Origin: a virus
Taxonomy: Duplodnaviria > Caudoviricetes
Virus record (IMG/VR): IMGVR_UViG_3300050120_000105
Location: 1 to 60,317 of that record
Direction: 5' to 3' (one strand)
Length of the DNA: 60,317 nucleotides
Of this stretch, positions 1 to 8,628 are shown piece after piece (positions within the stretch are counted from its first letter, which is position 1; each line of letters begins with the position of its first letter). The notes under the pieces were generated by a model. That model ran no database searches. It saw only the letters and a list, made by a program, of their open reading frames with translations, and was not told the origin of the DNA. A program made the position numbers and the translations under genes.

Positions 1-8
1 GGACATGC

Positions 9-134
9 TCCGTTAATCGAATGCATAGCAATGACGATTGTGGTTACGAAGGTTGGCTCTGGGAATATAAGGGCGGTCTAAGCCTAATGCTTAGAGCCAG
101 ATTCCAAGCTTTGAAACATATTAGGTTTTGCTTT
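9..134. repeat. Terminal overlap identical to 60192-60317 (126 bp); circular assembly
   Basis: TCCGTTAATCGAATGCATAG...GGTTTTGCTTT present at both ends; the ORF starting at 60051 reads through it into the 21..350 frame. Confidence 0.95.
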
Positions 135-350
135 CCAGCCAAAGGCTGTCGAATTTGGCGCGTCTACAGCCTTTTAGGATTAAAAACGCGGGCTATTTTT
201 TGCGAATGCGGCGTGGCCTTCGACGGAAGCCCCATCTTTTGCCGCGCCTGCGGGACGCTTTCATATACCGGCCGTTGCGATTGCACGCGAGCCGGCATCA
301 GGACGCGCCCGGATGGCCCCTACACACACCCTCCGGCGGATCGAGAGTAA
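21..350 (+). CDS. 3' part of Cys-rich hypothetical protein that starts at 60051 and wraps the origin
   Basis: 60051 ATG (MKACKDCRW...SVNRMHSNDD) is in frame with this ORF across the overlap; CxxC pairs. Confidence 0.6.
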   Translation: MHSNDDCGYEGWLWEYKGGLSLMLRARFQALKHIRFCFPAKGCRIWRVYSLLGLKTRAIFCECGVAFDGSPIFCRACGTLSYTGRCDCTRAGIRTRPDGPYTHPPADRE

Positions 351-352
351 CC

Positions 353-577
353 ATGAAAATCATCATTGGCACTGACGATGATATCGAAGAATTGAAGGGC
401 CGAATTGCTCGCGCAATATATGAAACGTCGAACAAGTGGATTGCCGAAAACTTTCCGGAAGATCATCTATTTTGTGACTTCTCACAAGTGAACGAGCGTA
501 CTTGCAACCTTCACTTTGACTATGCCGAGGCGGTCATAGCCGCGCTGTCTCCGGCAGATCGAAAGGGCACACCATGA
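353..577 (+). CDS. hypothetical protein
   Basis: ATG at 353 (MKIIIG), ATGA coupling to next gene, ends ALSPADRKGTP. Confidence 0.65.
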   Translation: MKIIIGTDDDIEELKGRIARAIYETSNKWIAENFPEDHLFCDFSQVNERTCNLHFDYAEAVIAALSPADRKGTP

Positions 578-741
578 AGGTGATGATCTCAAAGGATATG
601 GCTGAGGAAGTCATAAAGGAGTTTGAGGCGGAAAATCCGGGAAAATCATTTTACGAAATGTCGTCGGCTGAATTTGTCGAACGGATGATGGAGAAGATCA
701 AGATAACAGCCCTCCCTCTGGCAGACCGGGGAACACCTTGA
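574..741 (+). CDS. small hypothetical protein (55 aa, not in ORF track)
   Basis: ATG 574 to TGA 741, coupled on both sides, ends LPLADRGTP. Confidence 0.6.
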   Translation: MKVMISKDMAEEVIKEFEAENPGKSFYEMSSAEFVERMMEKIKITALPLADRGTP

Positions 742-1505
742 ATGTCCTCGACCTCTTCTCAGGAATTGGCGGCTTCAGCCTCGGGCTCGAAAGAGCCGGA
801 ATGCGAACCGTCGCGTTCTGCGAGATCGATCCCTTCTGTCGAAAAATCCTCGCAAAGCATTGGCCAACCGTACCCTGTTACGAGGATGTTAGAACCATTA
901 CCGCAGAACGTCTCGCCGCAAATGCAGCAACAGGAGATGTTCAAATCGATGTCATCTGCGGAGGATTCCCATGCCAGGACATCACAAGGGTCGGCCCGAA
1001 AATCGGCATTCGTGGCACGCGAAGCGGCCTCTGGGTCGAATACGCACGAATTATTCGCGAGATACGACCTAGATTCGTCATCGTGGAAAACTCCACAGGG
1101 CTGCTTAATCGCGGAATGGGAGACGTTCTCGGAGACTTGGCCGAGTGCGGGTTCGATGCGGAATGGTCGGTGCTATCTGCATGCGCCTTGGGTGCCTCAC
1201 ATTCACGAGAGCGGCTGTTTCTTGTGGCATACCCCCACGAGCACCGACCGAAAACCCGCCGGTCAAAAGGAGATGGATATGATGTTGCGGCACATGGCCG
1301 GTACTTCAATCCCGAATACGTACATTCGTCTGCGCTCGCAGTTAGCAGCGCGCACTGGAATACGCTTGCCGGCGAACCCACGCTGGATCGAGTGGCTGAT
1401 GGGGTTCCCAATCGGGTGGACGCTCTTAGCTCCCTCGGCAATGCCGTCGTCCCACAAATCCCCGAAATCATCGGCCGGGCAATCATGAGGACAATCAATG
1501 AATAA
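738..1505 (+). CDS. C5 cytosine DNA methyltransferase, alpha-type chain (motifs I-VIII and X)
   Basis: DLFSGIGG, GGFPCQD, IVENS, HSRERLF, LGNAVVPQ motifs. Confidence 0.92.
   Translation: MNVLDLFSGIGGFSLGLERAGMRTVAFCEIDPFCRKILAKHWPTVPCYEDVRTITAERLAANAATGDVQIDVICGGFPCQDITRVGPKIGIRGTRSGLWVEYARIIREIRPRFVIVENSTGLLNRGMGDVLGDLAECGFDAEWSVLSACALGASHSRERLFLVAYPHEHRPKTRRSKGDGYDVAAHGRYFNPEYVHSSALAVSSAHWNTLAGEPTLDRVADGVPNRVDALSSLGNAVVPQIPEIIGRAIMRTINE
742..1488 (+). CDS. Probable beta subunit of the C5 MTase in an overlapping +1 frame (true start uncertain)
   Basis: Open frame ending in motif IX-like NPRWIEWLMGFPIGWT, which is absent from the main frame. Confidence 0.6.
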   Translation: MSSTSSQELAASASGSKEPECEPSRSARSIPSVEKSSQSIGQPYPVTRMLEPLPQNVSPQMQQQEMFKSMSSAEDSHARTSQGSARKSAFVAREAASGSNTHELFARYDLDSSSWKTPQGCLIAEWETFSETWPSAGSMRNGRCYLHAPWVPHIHESGCFLWHTPTSTDRKPAGQKEMDMMLRHMAGTSIPNTYIRLRSQLAARTGIRLPANPRWIEWLMGFPIGWTLLAPSAMPSSHKSPKSSAGQS

Positions 1506-1710
1506 AGCAGCACAAATCGCGCGTGATATTCGTTTGGGAGTTTTCCCGAATAAGTCGAAGGAAACCGAGACCGAGGAATATATATCGGCGCTTCGAACCC
1601 ACGTTGCTGATGGAAATCAACTCTCGCACCAAAATGGACTCTTCCTTTTGGAAGAAGTTGAACGACTTCATGGCTTGGTCCCTATTTATTTGGGTGGGAC
1701 GCGCACATGA
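1498..1710 (+). CDS. hypothetical protein
   Basis: AGGA RBS, overlaps MTase stop. Confidence 0.55.
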   Translation: MNKAAQIARDIRLGVFPNKSKETETEEYISALRTHVADGNQLSHQNGLFLLEEVERLHGLVPIYLGGTRT

Positions 1711-1744
1711 CCCTATCAGCCCTCTCTCCGGCAGAGGACAAGCG

Positions 1745-2275
1745 ATGACGCTACGGTTTTCTCTCTCCGATGCCGAACGCGCCAGCGACGAATGGGGCTG
1801 CAACTGCGGTCCTAGCGCGCTCGCGGCCATTGCGGGTTTGACGCTCGATGAAGTACGCCAGCTGATGGGCGACTTCGAACGCAAGCGCTACACCAATCCA
1901 ACGCTAATGCGGGAATGCCTTGAACGTACCGGCATCAAATTTCGATGGAATGCGCCAGAACTGCCAGCCTTTGGACTATGCCGTGTTCAATGGGAAGGCC
2001 CATGGACAAAGCCGGGCGTTCCGATGCGCGTCCGCTATCGCCATACGCACTGGATAGGTTTTCAAAACCGCCCCGATGGATCGACCTTTGGTAAGTCCGG
2101 AGTGTTTGACATCAACGCTATGAATGCCGGCGGCTGGATCGCTTATTCGGATTGGGCCACGACGCTTGTCCCGTGGATTTTGAGAGAATGCGTGCCGAAG
2201 GCTGATGGCGGCTGGCATTTCACGCACATGGTTCAAGTCGAGGCATCAGCACTCTCTCCGGCAGAGGACAAATGA
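1745..2275 (+). CDS. hypothetical protein, possible C39-like cysteine peptidase fold
   Basis: NCGPSALAA and later HTHW; ATG 1745 after GAGGA. Confidence 0.6.
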   Translation: MTLRFSLSDAERASDEWGCNCGPSALAAIAGLTLDEVRQLMGDFERKRYTNPTLMRECLERTGIKFRWNAPELPAFGLCRVQWEGPWTKPGVPMRVRYRHTHWIGFQNRPDGSTFGKSGVFDINAMNAGGWIAYSDWATTLVPWILRECVPKADGGWHFTHMVQVEASALSPAEDK

Positions 2276-2463
2276 CCATGGCTGATTACGACAAGGCTAT
2301 GATGCATGTCGAACTCGCGGCCTGGCGCACTGCCGCAGACCTCCGACGCGGAGGCGAGACCTGCATTGAGGATGCGCTCATCGCCTTTGCAGTGCATCTG
2401 ACTAAATTAGCAAAAGAGGCGCGCAAGGCATCCCAACACCCTCCGGCGGACCGTAACCCATGA
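2272..2463 (+). CDS. hypothetical protein
   Basis: ATGA coupling on both sides. Confidence 0.6.
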   Translation: MTMADYDKAMMHVELAAWRTAADLRRGGETCIEDALIAFAVHLTKLAKEARKASQHPPADRNP

Positions 2464-2729
2464 CGCAGACGATCGATCAGCCACTCTATGATCTGTCTGG
2501 CGCCGCCATGAAGCTGGGAAACGTTAGCCGCTCGACGCTTTATCGGTTGATCGACCAAGGCAAACTCGTTCGCGTGAACATAGGCACCAAGGCCGTGATA
2601 ACCGGCGAGTCCTTGGCCCGGTATGTTGAAGAACTAAAGGCGACCACTTCGGAAAATCTAGCCCATGACGCTACCCCTGATCCAGCGCTGGAACGGGAAA
2701 AAACGGCAAGACACAGCACGGGACACTAA
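2460..2729 (+). CDS. xis: Excisionase-like HTH DNA-binding protein
   Basis: LYDLSGAAMKLGNVSRSTLYRLIDQGKL winged-HTH pattern. Confidence 0.75.
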   Translation: MTQTIDQPLYDLSGAAMKLGNVSRSTLYRLIDQGKLVRVNIGTKAVITGESLARYVEELKATTSENLAHDATPDPALEREKTARHSTGH

Positions 2730-2890
2730 ATTGAAAACTATTCAAGAAACACAAAGAGAAGCGGCCTTACTTGAAACAGGAAGATACAGCGTGACACAAG
2801 GCGCGGCGGAGGTGCTTGAATTCGAACTCCATTGAAATCATTGGCGTTTTTGCGATTTTTGAGTTTTACCCGTGAGATTACCCCTGACCC
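2659..2890. other. attP-like region (arm-type repeats, degenerate tRNA-3'-like core)
   Basis: TACCC(C/G)TGA at 2672, 2867, 2879; minus strand 2803-2828 AGTTCGAATTCAAGCACCTCCGCCGC; AT-rich tracts beside xis. Confidence 0.4.
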
Positions 2891-2964
2891 CGAGCCAAGA
2901 AGCGCATGGAAGATGAAATCAGCAAGGCCGTCGCCGATCTGGCGCAAGATAAGGGATTCATCTG

Positions 2965-3231
2965 ATGGCGATAGATGAGGAATTATTGAAGCCGAGCCGC
3001 GAACATCTTGCGCATCTCAACGGTCTGATCGCCAAAGCTGAGCGCGAGATGGTGGAGGCTATTGAACGCTGGGGAAAGAACGACAAGGACTACGCACGGC
3101 ACCGAACCCGAGAATATTACCAAGCAATTGAGCCGCTACGGCGTGAAAGCGATGCGGTCATGAAAGCGATCGCCGATTATTACAACCTTCAACCAATGCC
3201 GCCGTCGCCGATCTGGCGAGGCTTGAGGTGA
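2965..3231 (+). CDS. hypothetical coiled-coil protein
   Basis: AAGGGA RBS, plausible helical protein. Confidence 0.6.
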   Translation: MAIDEELLKPSREHLAHLNGLIAKAEREMVEAIERWGKNDKDYARHRTREYYQAIEPLRRESDAVMKAIADYYNLQPMPPSPIWRGLR

Positions 3232-3320
3232 CCGCCTTGTCGAGTATAGCCAAAGCGGCCGGAGACCTGCCCACGTATTACGCCGCCAACCGAGCTTGGC
3301 GTGAGCTATTCAAGGCCCGC

Positions 3321-3350
3321 GAGGGCCGAAGCGCGCGCGCTTCGGCCCTC
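3321..3350. repeat. Perfect 30-bp palindrome
   Basis: GAGGGCCGAAGCGCG|CGCGCTTCGGCCCTC. Confidence 0.9.
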
Positions 3351-3367
3351 TCGAATGGGGATCTAAA

Positions 3368-3574
3368 GTGAGCAGAACAATTGAGCTCTGCCTAGATGGC
3401 GGTAAATGTCACATGATGACAGAGAACCATCTCCCAGCTTGCAGAGGAAGCTGTTCTATCCAGCATTCCCTAAGCCACGGCGACGTTTGGAGAAATATAG
3501 TCCGCCTCGCCAATGAAGGATGGCAGCCGAGCATTAAGATCGTTGAGCGTGCCCGCGGATTCACTTGGCGATAA
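3368..3574 (+). CDS. hypothetical protein
   Basis: GTG start with GGGGA RBS; composition only. Confidence 0.35.
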   Translation: MSRTIELCLDGGKCHMMTENHLPACRGSCSIQHSLSHGDVWRNIVRLANEGWQPSIKIVERARGFTWR

Positions 3575-3811
3575 TGCTCATCCACATACGTGACCGAGGA
3601 ATGAGGATGGATCTTCATACGGCCTATGCTTTGGCCAGCTTTATCGAATGGACGCACGCCAAGGACCGGGCCGAGAGCATCAAGAACTCGGGGCGTGACG
3701 GCCGAAATGGAATATGATGAACTCGCGGCCACCTGCCTGGGCGACCTGATCTATACCGTCGCGACGACGGGCAAGTTTTCCTCTAAACGTTCCTGAGCAG
3801 AGAGAGGTTTA

Positions 3812-3833
3812 CCCCGGCGGTGAGACGCCGGGG
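3812..3833. terminator. Hairpin at convergence of the two transcription arms
   Basis: CCCCGGCG-GTGAGA-CGCCGGGG. Confidence 0.5.
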
Positions 3834-3990
3834 CTTAGTGAAATCTTCAAATGACAGAGGCCACCATCTTTCAAGCACATATTGCAGGTTCCTGCAAGCG
3901 CCATGGTCAGACACTTCTAAGCGACGACCTTTCTTTGCGCTTTTTGCAAAGAACCCATCCCCGCTCCTGGCCAATAAGCGCACGTTGATG

Positions 3991-6900
3991 CTACGCCGCC
4001 TTCTCCAACCCGACTGGATCGTTGTCGTTGGAGGATGGATCGATGTCGCGCTTGAGCAGGAAGTTGAGTTTGCTGAATCCGCTCGGGATCGTATAGGTGC
4101 AACTCGTCGCGCAGAAATTGAAGGTCGCACCCTCGCCGTTCTGATAGGCATAGTAAGACGGAAATAGCGGCTGCGGCAGCGAAGAGATATTCAACGCGCC
4201 CGTGGCGGGAACGTTCGCGCCATTGTTGTTCCAATTTCCGCCGTTGAGTCGAACGCCAAGATAGCTACCGGGAGCCCACGCAAAGCCCACCGTATCTCCC
4301 GCCGCAGGGGCGGTTGACGCAAAAGTCATAGTGGCGACTGTGCCTTGAACGGTGGATTGAATGCTTGCGAAATTGGACTGAACTGCGAATCCGGACAGGT
4401 ACCAATAGCCCGGAGGGGTCAGGGGATCGTTGAAGTTTCTTGCAAAAAGCAATGGCTGATTGCCTTGAGTAAATCCGCTGTCGTAATGAAGTTCGAAATA
4501 GAACGGACCTCCTCCGGACTTGCTCTTGGTGATACGAACCGTTTGAACGGCGCTCCCGGCGCCAGTGTGCAGGATGGTAAGATTGCCGTTTGACAGCGTG
4601 TAGATGCCCGATCCGATCGTAGTCGGGTCAATTGTCACGACGCTGTTGCAGATGATGTCCACGACGAAGGTGCCCGAAACGCCGTGCGAGTTCGTGACCT
4701 GAATTGAAATCGGATAGGTCGTCAGGTTCGCGAGCGTCCCGGCAAGAACAAGCTCGTTCGATCCGTTGATCGAAAATAGACTGCCGGGATTGGAAATCAG
4801 TGTGAACGTCGTCGTCCCGGACCCGTCGATGTTCGGCTCCTGCGCCGTCATCGGGCCAGTCAGCACCGTGCCTGACGATGTGGTGGCAGGAATCTGTCCG
4901 CCGTCCCATCCCGCCACCCAATTCATGTTGATGCCGGTAGGTGCCGCAGCAAAGAATGAAGATAAGCCTGCACTGATCAATGCAGGCATATTCGGTTCGT
5001 CTGTAACCACGCCACCTGGGGGCGGAAACTGGAACGGAGGGGTGTTCACTTGACTAGGCAACGTGACATAGGGCGCTGTCGTCCATGCCGTCCAGCCAAC
5101 CCAAACGTCGGGATTGGCGCTGATATAACCTAACTGTGCTTCAGTTTCGGTAATCATTGAGGTTACGCCGGATATTCCGAACTCCCCGAGGAAAAGCTTC
5201 AACCCATTGGCCCGCGCGTACTCGGTCGCGTCGATCAAGGAAACAGCGCCAACGCCGGTCGCGGATGGATATGGGCTACTACCGCTGCCTCCAGCGTCGA
5301 GATAGCTGTGAACTTCATAAACTATTTTATTGAGTGGATCGGTGAGGAGCGATCCAACGCTGTTGAGCGTGGTAGAAAACAGGCTTGCCTTTGAGTAGCT
5401 ACCACCAACTTCGGCAAATATATATCCAGTGAAAGACGTGTTAGTCCGGACGCTAGTGATTATCGCCTGAGTTGCCGTTGCCATCACGGACGCCGTGACG
5501 AAATTCGGCTCATTCATCACGTCAAGAATTATGTTCGGTGATAGAGGCGCGTATCGCGCCATCAATTTGGTTTCGAAGTCAGCAATAGCAGCGTTGCTAT
5601 ACCCCGCCGTTCCAACAAGAGCAGAAAATGTCCCCGTTGTCGCCCCGGACGACGGCGTCCCGTTTGGGACCGGGATCGTGAACGTCGTGCCGTTGATGAT
5701 GGTGATGGCCCCGGCATAGGTCGGCGTCGGATTGGTGGTCGCCGTGGCGCCAAGTGTGAGCGTGGCCCCGGCATTGAGGATCGTGGTGTCGGCGACGGTG
5801 CAGGTCGCCGTGGTGCCGGTGACCGACACCGAGGAAATATCAATCGTAACCAGCGTCCCGCCGTAATCGTGAACATCAAGAACGGCTACCATGCCGCTGT
5901 TGACGGCGTCATTGACGGCGCTATCGAGCGCATCAAGGCCCGACGCTCCACCGAACGAAAGAGTGTTGGAGAGCGCACCGAACAACCTTGGTTGAACTCG
6001 CTCACGCTTGAACGGAAGGCGCGCGATGTTCATGCCACGATTATGATAGTACGCCATGTAAGAGTCATTGTAGACGCCAGCGAGAGGGGCGCCCTGACTG
6101 ACCGGATAGATCGCTCCGGGATTGGTAGATTCCATTCCCGAGAGATTCGCTCCAGTCCATGGCGGCGGGATCGCGACACTGGGCGCTATGACTGCACCAG
6201 TCGTAATCTGAACTGCCGGAGGATTGATCCAACCGCCGTTGTTGGTCGCGGCTATATTGAGCAAGCCGGCTTCGGCAGGCGTATACGTGAAATAGCCAAT
6301 GGCGTTATTTCCGGCAGGCAGCGTCACGCTGGGCGGAGTGACGGTCCCTCCAGCGCTCGCTCCGTTGTCGGCTCTTGTCGCCCCTGGCGTGATCGTGACG
6401 CCGCCCGAAGGAATCGTCCCGTTGTAGCGAACGGCGAAATTATTGGTGACCTGGCTTCCGACCGTTCCGATATTGACGATCTGTAATTTGGGCGCGTCAG
6501 GATTGGCGGTCGTGGTGACGATGGTCGGAAGATCGACGCGATAGGCTAGCGGCTGCGGACCCGTGTAGCCGGAAAATTGCTCCAGCACCGTCATCAACGT
6601 TGATTGCAAACCCGCCGATGAGAAATTAGCTACGCCCGGACTGGCTACGGATGACGGCCCCAGATAGAAAGCCATTCCCGGATTGAAGTTGGGACCAGCG
6701 CCCCATGCAAACACAGGGACCTGGTTCGATTGCGCCAGAGCGATCGTGTTGTATGCAGCCGTGTTCCACGCCGCGTAATTGTCATTGCCGCCGTTAGCTA
6801 GCTGATCATTGCTCCACCCGATTTCACCGAGGATCGCATTGACGTTGTGCGACGCTTTCCACGGCAGGAAACCATTGAGCCGCGTTTCGCCAATCGTGGC

Positions 6901-8568
6901 ACTCGTCGGTGTGCCGGGAGGCGCTGCGCCAGGCTTTGCGATTTCATTGGCCCACGAAAAAAATTGCCCGCTGGAATTGTTGTCGAGGTAGTTGTGATTG
7001 TCGAATACTAGATTGTTGGCGGGATCGGTGAGCTGGTAAAGATTTGTGTTGTTGTAGGGCTGTCCTGTTCCCGACTCCCAATTCCAGCCGCCCGAATAGT
7101 TGACGCCATCGACGATGATGAGCGTGTTGTCGCCGTTGGCGCGGATGGCATTGATCGCGGCCTGGTAGGCGCCCATCAACTGGGTTGAATTGAAGCCATT
7201 GATCGGCTCGTTCATCAGGCCGTAGGCATAGACACCAGCATTGCCTTTGTAGCGCGCGGAAATCTGCTGCCAGAGATAGGCATAGGCGGAATTGGGAAGG
7301 CGCGTTGATCCAATTGTGGAAGTCTCTTGTCCTTGAAGAGAATTGCCGTAGGGCGCAACAGCGGGAGAGTTCGTGGGGGTCGAGTTTGCTGTGTATTGAA
7401 AGGTGGTCCCTGTAACGTTGGAGATTGTCCAAGAACCGTTATAAGCGTCACCTGCATAGTTAGTGAGCGAGAGACCACTACCAACAACCGAGACGGTGAT
7501 GCCGTTGATCAGCGCAGACGTTCCGGAATAGGTCGCAGTGACCAGCGAACCAACTGAAGTCAATGATGAGATCGAGAAACTTCCCGCCAGCCCAGGACCG
7601 CCGCCAAACGTGTGCAGGTCGATTATGGCCTTGCTGCCAACCGACGCCATATTGGCTAGAACACCATCTAGCGCGGCAACGTAACTGCCGCCATTGATAT
7701 ATGTTCCGGTAGTATCAAGAGGCCCATTGAGTGCATGCTGTATACCGACCGTACCGAACTGAGGATTATTCTGCGCCCAGCCGATTGGCAGGCGATTGAT
7801 TTTCAGGTTTCGGTTGGCATAGTAGGTGATTTCCGGAAGGCCAACGACAAGAGGATACTGGCTTTCCATCCCCGAAAAATTGACGCCAACGAAGAACTGG
7901 CTCGGGGGCGGCGGCGTTGTATTGATCGCAATCGCGATAGTGTTGCTTGCGGATGTCGCATCGCCACCCGAATCATAATAGACCGCGCCACCATGCCCGC
8001 TTTGTAGAACCTGAATGGAAGCGGTGCCAACCGTGTTGGTGGTCGGTGTAAAGACGGCAGTAAAATGCTCACTATCCTGCTGAAGCAGGTTCGATAACGC
8101 GCCGCCGGTTGAGATGTTGACAGCCGGGAGGTTAAAGCCAAGGACTGCGGTGTTCCATGTGAACTGGATAAGCGCGGTCTGTCCAGTCGTCAGGCTGTAG
8201 GAAGATGCTGCGATCAACGACGTAAGTGGCGGAGGTGGCGGAGGCGGGGGCGGAGGTGGAGGCGGCCCGCCAGCGTAATTGAGCGTGAACTGCTGGGTGA
8301 CCAAAAACCCCGGCAGAGTGGCCAAAACCCCCGGCGCAGTCACCCTGATTCCAATCGAATAGGTTCCAATCGGGGTATTAACCGCCTCGACCAACTGGTT
8401 GCCGTTTTGAATCGCAAAATAGCCGTTGGGATTATTGGTCAGCGTGTAGCTGGCACCCGGAGGTGCCCCCGTAATGGATAAGGTCGCGACCAGATCGCCC
8501 ACGGCTGCATGGGCGTAGCCTGAGAAGGCGACGGCGCAGAAGATCAGGAGAGCGCGAAGCAGCTTCAT
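3991..8568 (-). CDS. Giant secreted multidomain glycanase: two GH5 (cellulase-like) domains, cadherin/Ig-like modules, C-terminal SPRY/ConA-like domain
   Basis: Signal peptide, poly-Pro linker; twice GxN(F/L)SGMES, RLP, D(L/V)H, MNEP, HxYLD, LGE(I/F)G, W motifs. Confidence 0.85.
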   Translation of the reverse strand: MKLLRALLIFCAVAFSGYAHAAVGDLVATLSITGAPPGASYTLTNNPNGYFAIQNGNQLVEAVNTPIGTYSIGIRVTAPGVLATLPGFLVTQQFTLNYAGGPPPPPPPPPPPPPLTSLIAASSYSLTTGQTALIQFTWNTAVLGFNLPAVNISTGGALSNLLQQDSEHFTAVFTPTTNTVGTASIQVLQSGHGGAVYYDSGGDATSASNTIAIAINTTPPPPSQFFVGVNFSGMESQYPLVVGLPEITYYANRNLKINRLPIGWAQNNPQFGTVGIQHALNGPLDTTGTYINGGSYVAALDGVLANMASVGSKAIIDLHTFGGGPGLAGSFSISSLTSVGSLVTATYSGTSALINGITVSVVGSGLSLTNYAGDAYNGSWTISNVTGTTFQYTANSTPTNSPAVAPYGNSLQGQETSTIGSTRLPNSAYAYLWQQISARYKGNAGVYAYGLMNEPINGFNSTQLMGAYQAAINAIRANGDNTLIIVDGVNYSGGWNWESGTGQPYNNTNLYQLTDPANNLVFDNHNYLDNNSSGQFFSWANEIAKPGAAPPGTPTSATIGETRLNGFLPWKASHNVNAILGEIGWSNDQLANGGNDNYAAWNTAAYNTIALAQSNQVPVFAWGAGPNFNPGMAFYLGPSSVASPGVANFSSAGLQSTLMTVLEQFSGYTGPQPLAYRVDLPTIVTTTANPDAPKLQIVNIGTVGSQVTNNFAVRYNGTIPSGGVTITPGATRADNGASAGGTVTPPSVTLPAGNNAIGYFTYTPAEAGLLNIAATNNGGWINPPAVQITTGAVIAPSVAIPPPWTGANLSGMESTNPGAIYPVSQGAPLAGVYNDSYMAYYHNRGMNIARLPFKRERVQPRLFGALSNTLSFGGASGLDALDSAVNDAVNSGMVAVLDVHDYGGTLVTIDISSVSVTGTTATCTVADTTILNAGATLTLGATATTNPTPTYAGAITIINGTTFTIPVPNGTPSSGATTGTFSALVGTAGYSNAAIADFETKLMARYAPLSPNIILDVMNEPNFVTASVMATATQAIITSVRTNTSFTGYIFAEVGGSYSKASLFSTTLNSVGSLLTDPLNKIVYEVHSYLDAGGSGSSPYPSATGVGAVSLIDATEYARANGLKLFLGEFGISGVTSMITETEAQLGYISANPDVWVGWTAWTTAPYVTLPSQVNTPPFQFPPPGGVVTDEPNMPALISAGLSSFFAAAPTGINMNWVAGWDGGQIPATTSSGTVLTGPMTAQEPNIDGSGTTTFTLISNPGSLFSINGSNELVLAGTLANLTTYPISIQVTNSHGVSGTFVVDIICNSVVTIDPTTIGSGIYTLSNGNLTILHTGAGSAVQTVRITKSKSGGGPFYFELHYDSGFTQGNQPLLFARNFNDPLTPPGYWYLSGFAVQSNFASIQSTVQGTVATMTFASTAPAAGDTVGFAWAPGSYLGVRLNGGNWNNNGANVPATGALNISSLPQPLFPSYYAYQNGEGATFNFCATSCTYTIPSGFSKLNFLLKRDIDPSSNDNDPVGLEKAA

Positions 8569-8628
8569 GCTATGATGTCACCGGTGGCCATTCAGTGTTC
8601 CATGGAAGCGGGTTAGCTGGAGCTTTTT

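Larger units (their letters stand above)
327..2453 (+). repeat. Gene-end junction repeat (core CTCCGGCRGA, encodes [S/P]PA[D/E]); copies at ~327, 545, 712, 1722, 2252, 2437
   Basis: Same ~17-bp motif in the last codons of six ORFs; copies at 1716 and 2246 match over 26 bp with 1 mismatch. Confidence 0.85.

Noticed and set aside
9-134. Biological direct terminal repeat
   Set aside because: The 126-bp length is typical of assembler k-mer overlap and it falls mid-gene; the first 8 nt look like a strain-variant tip.
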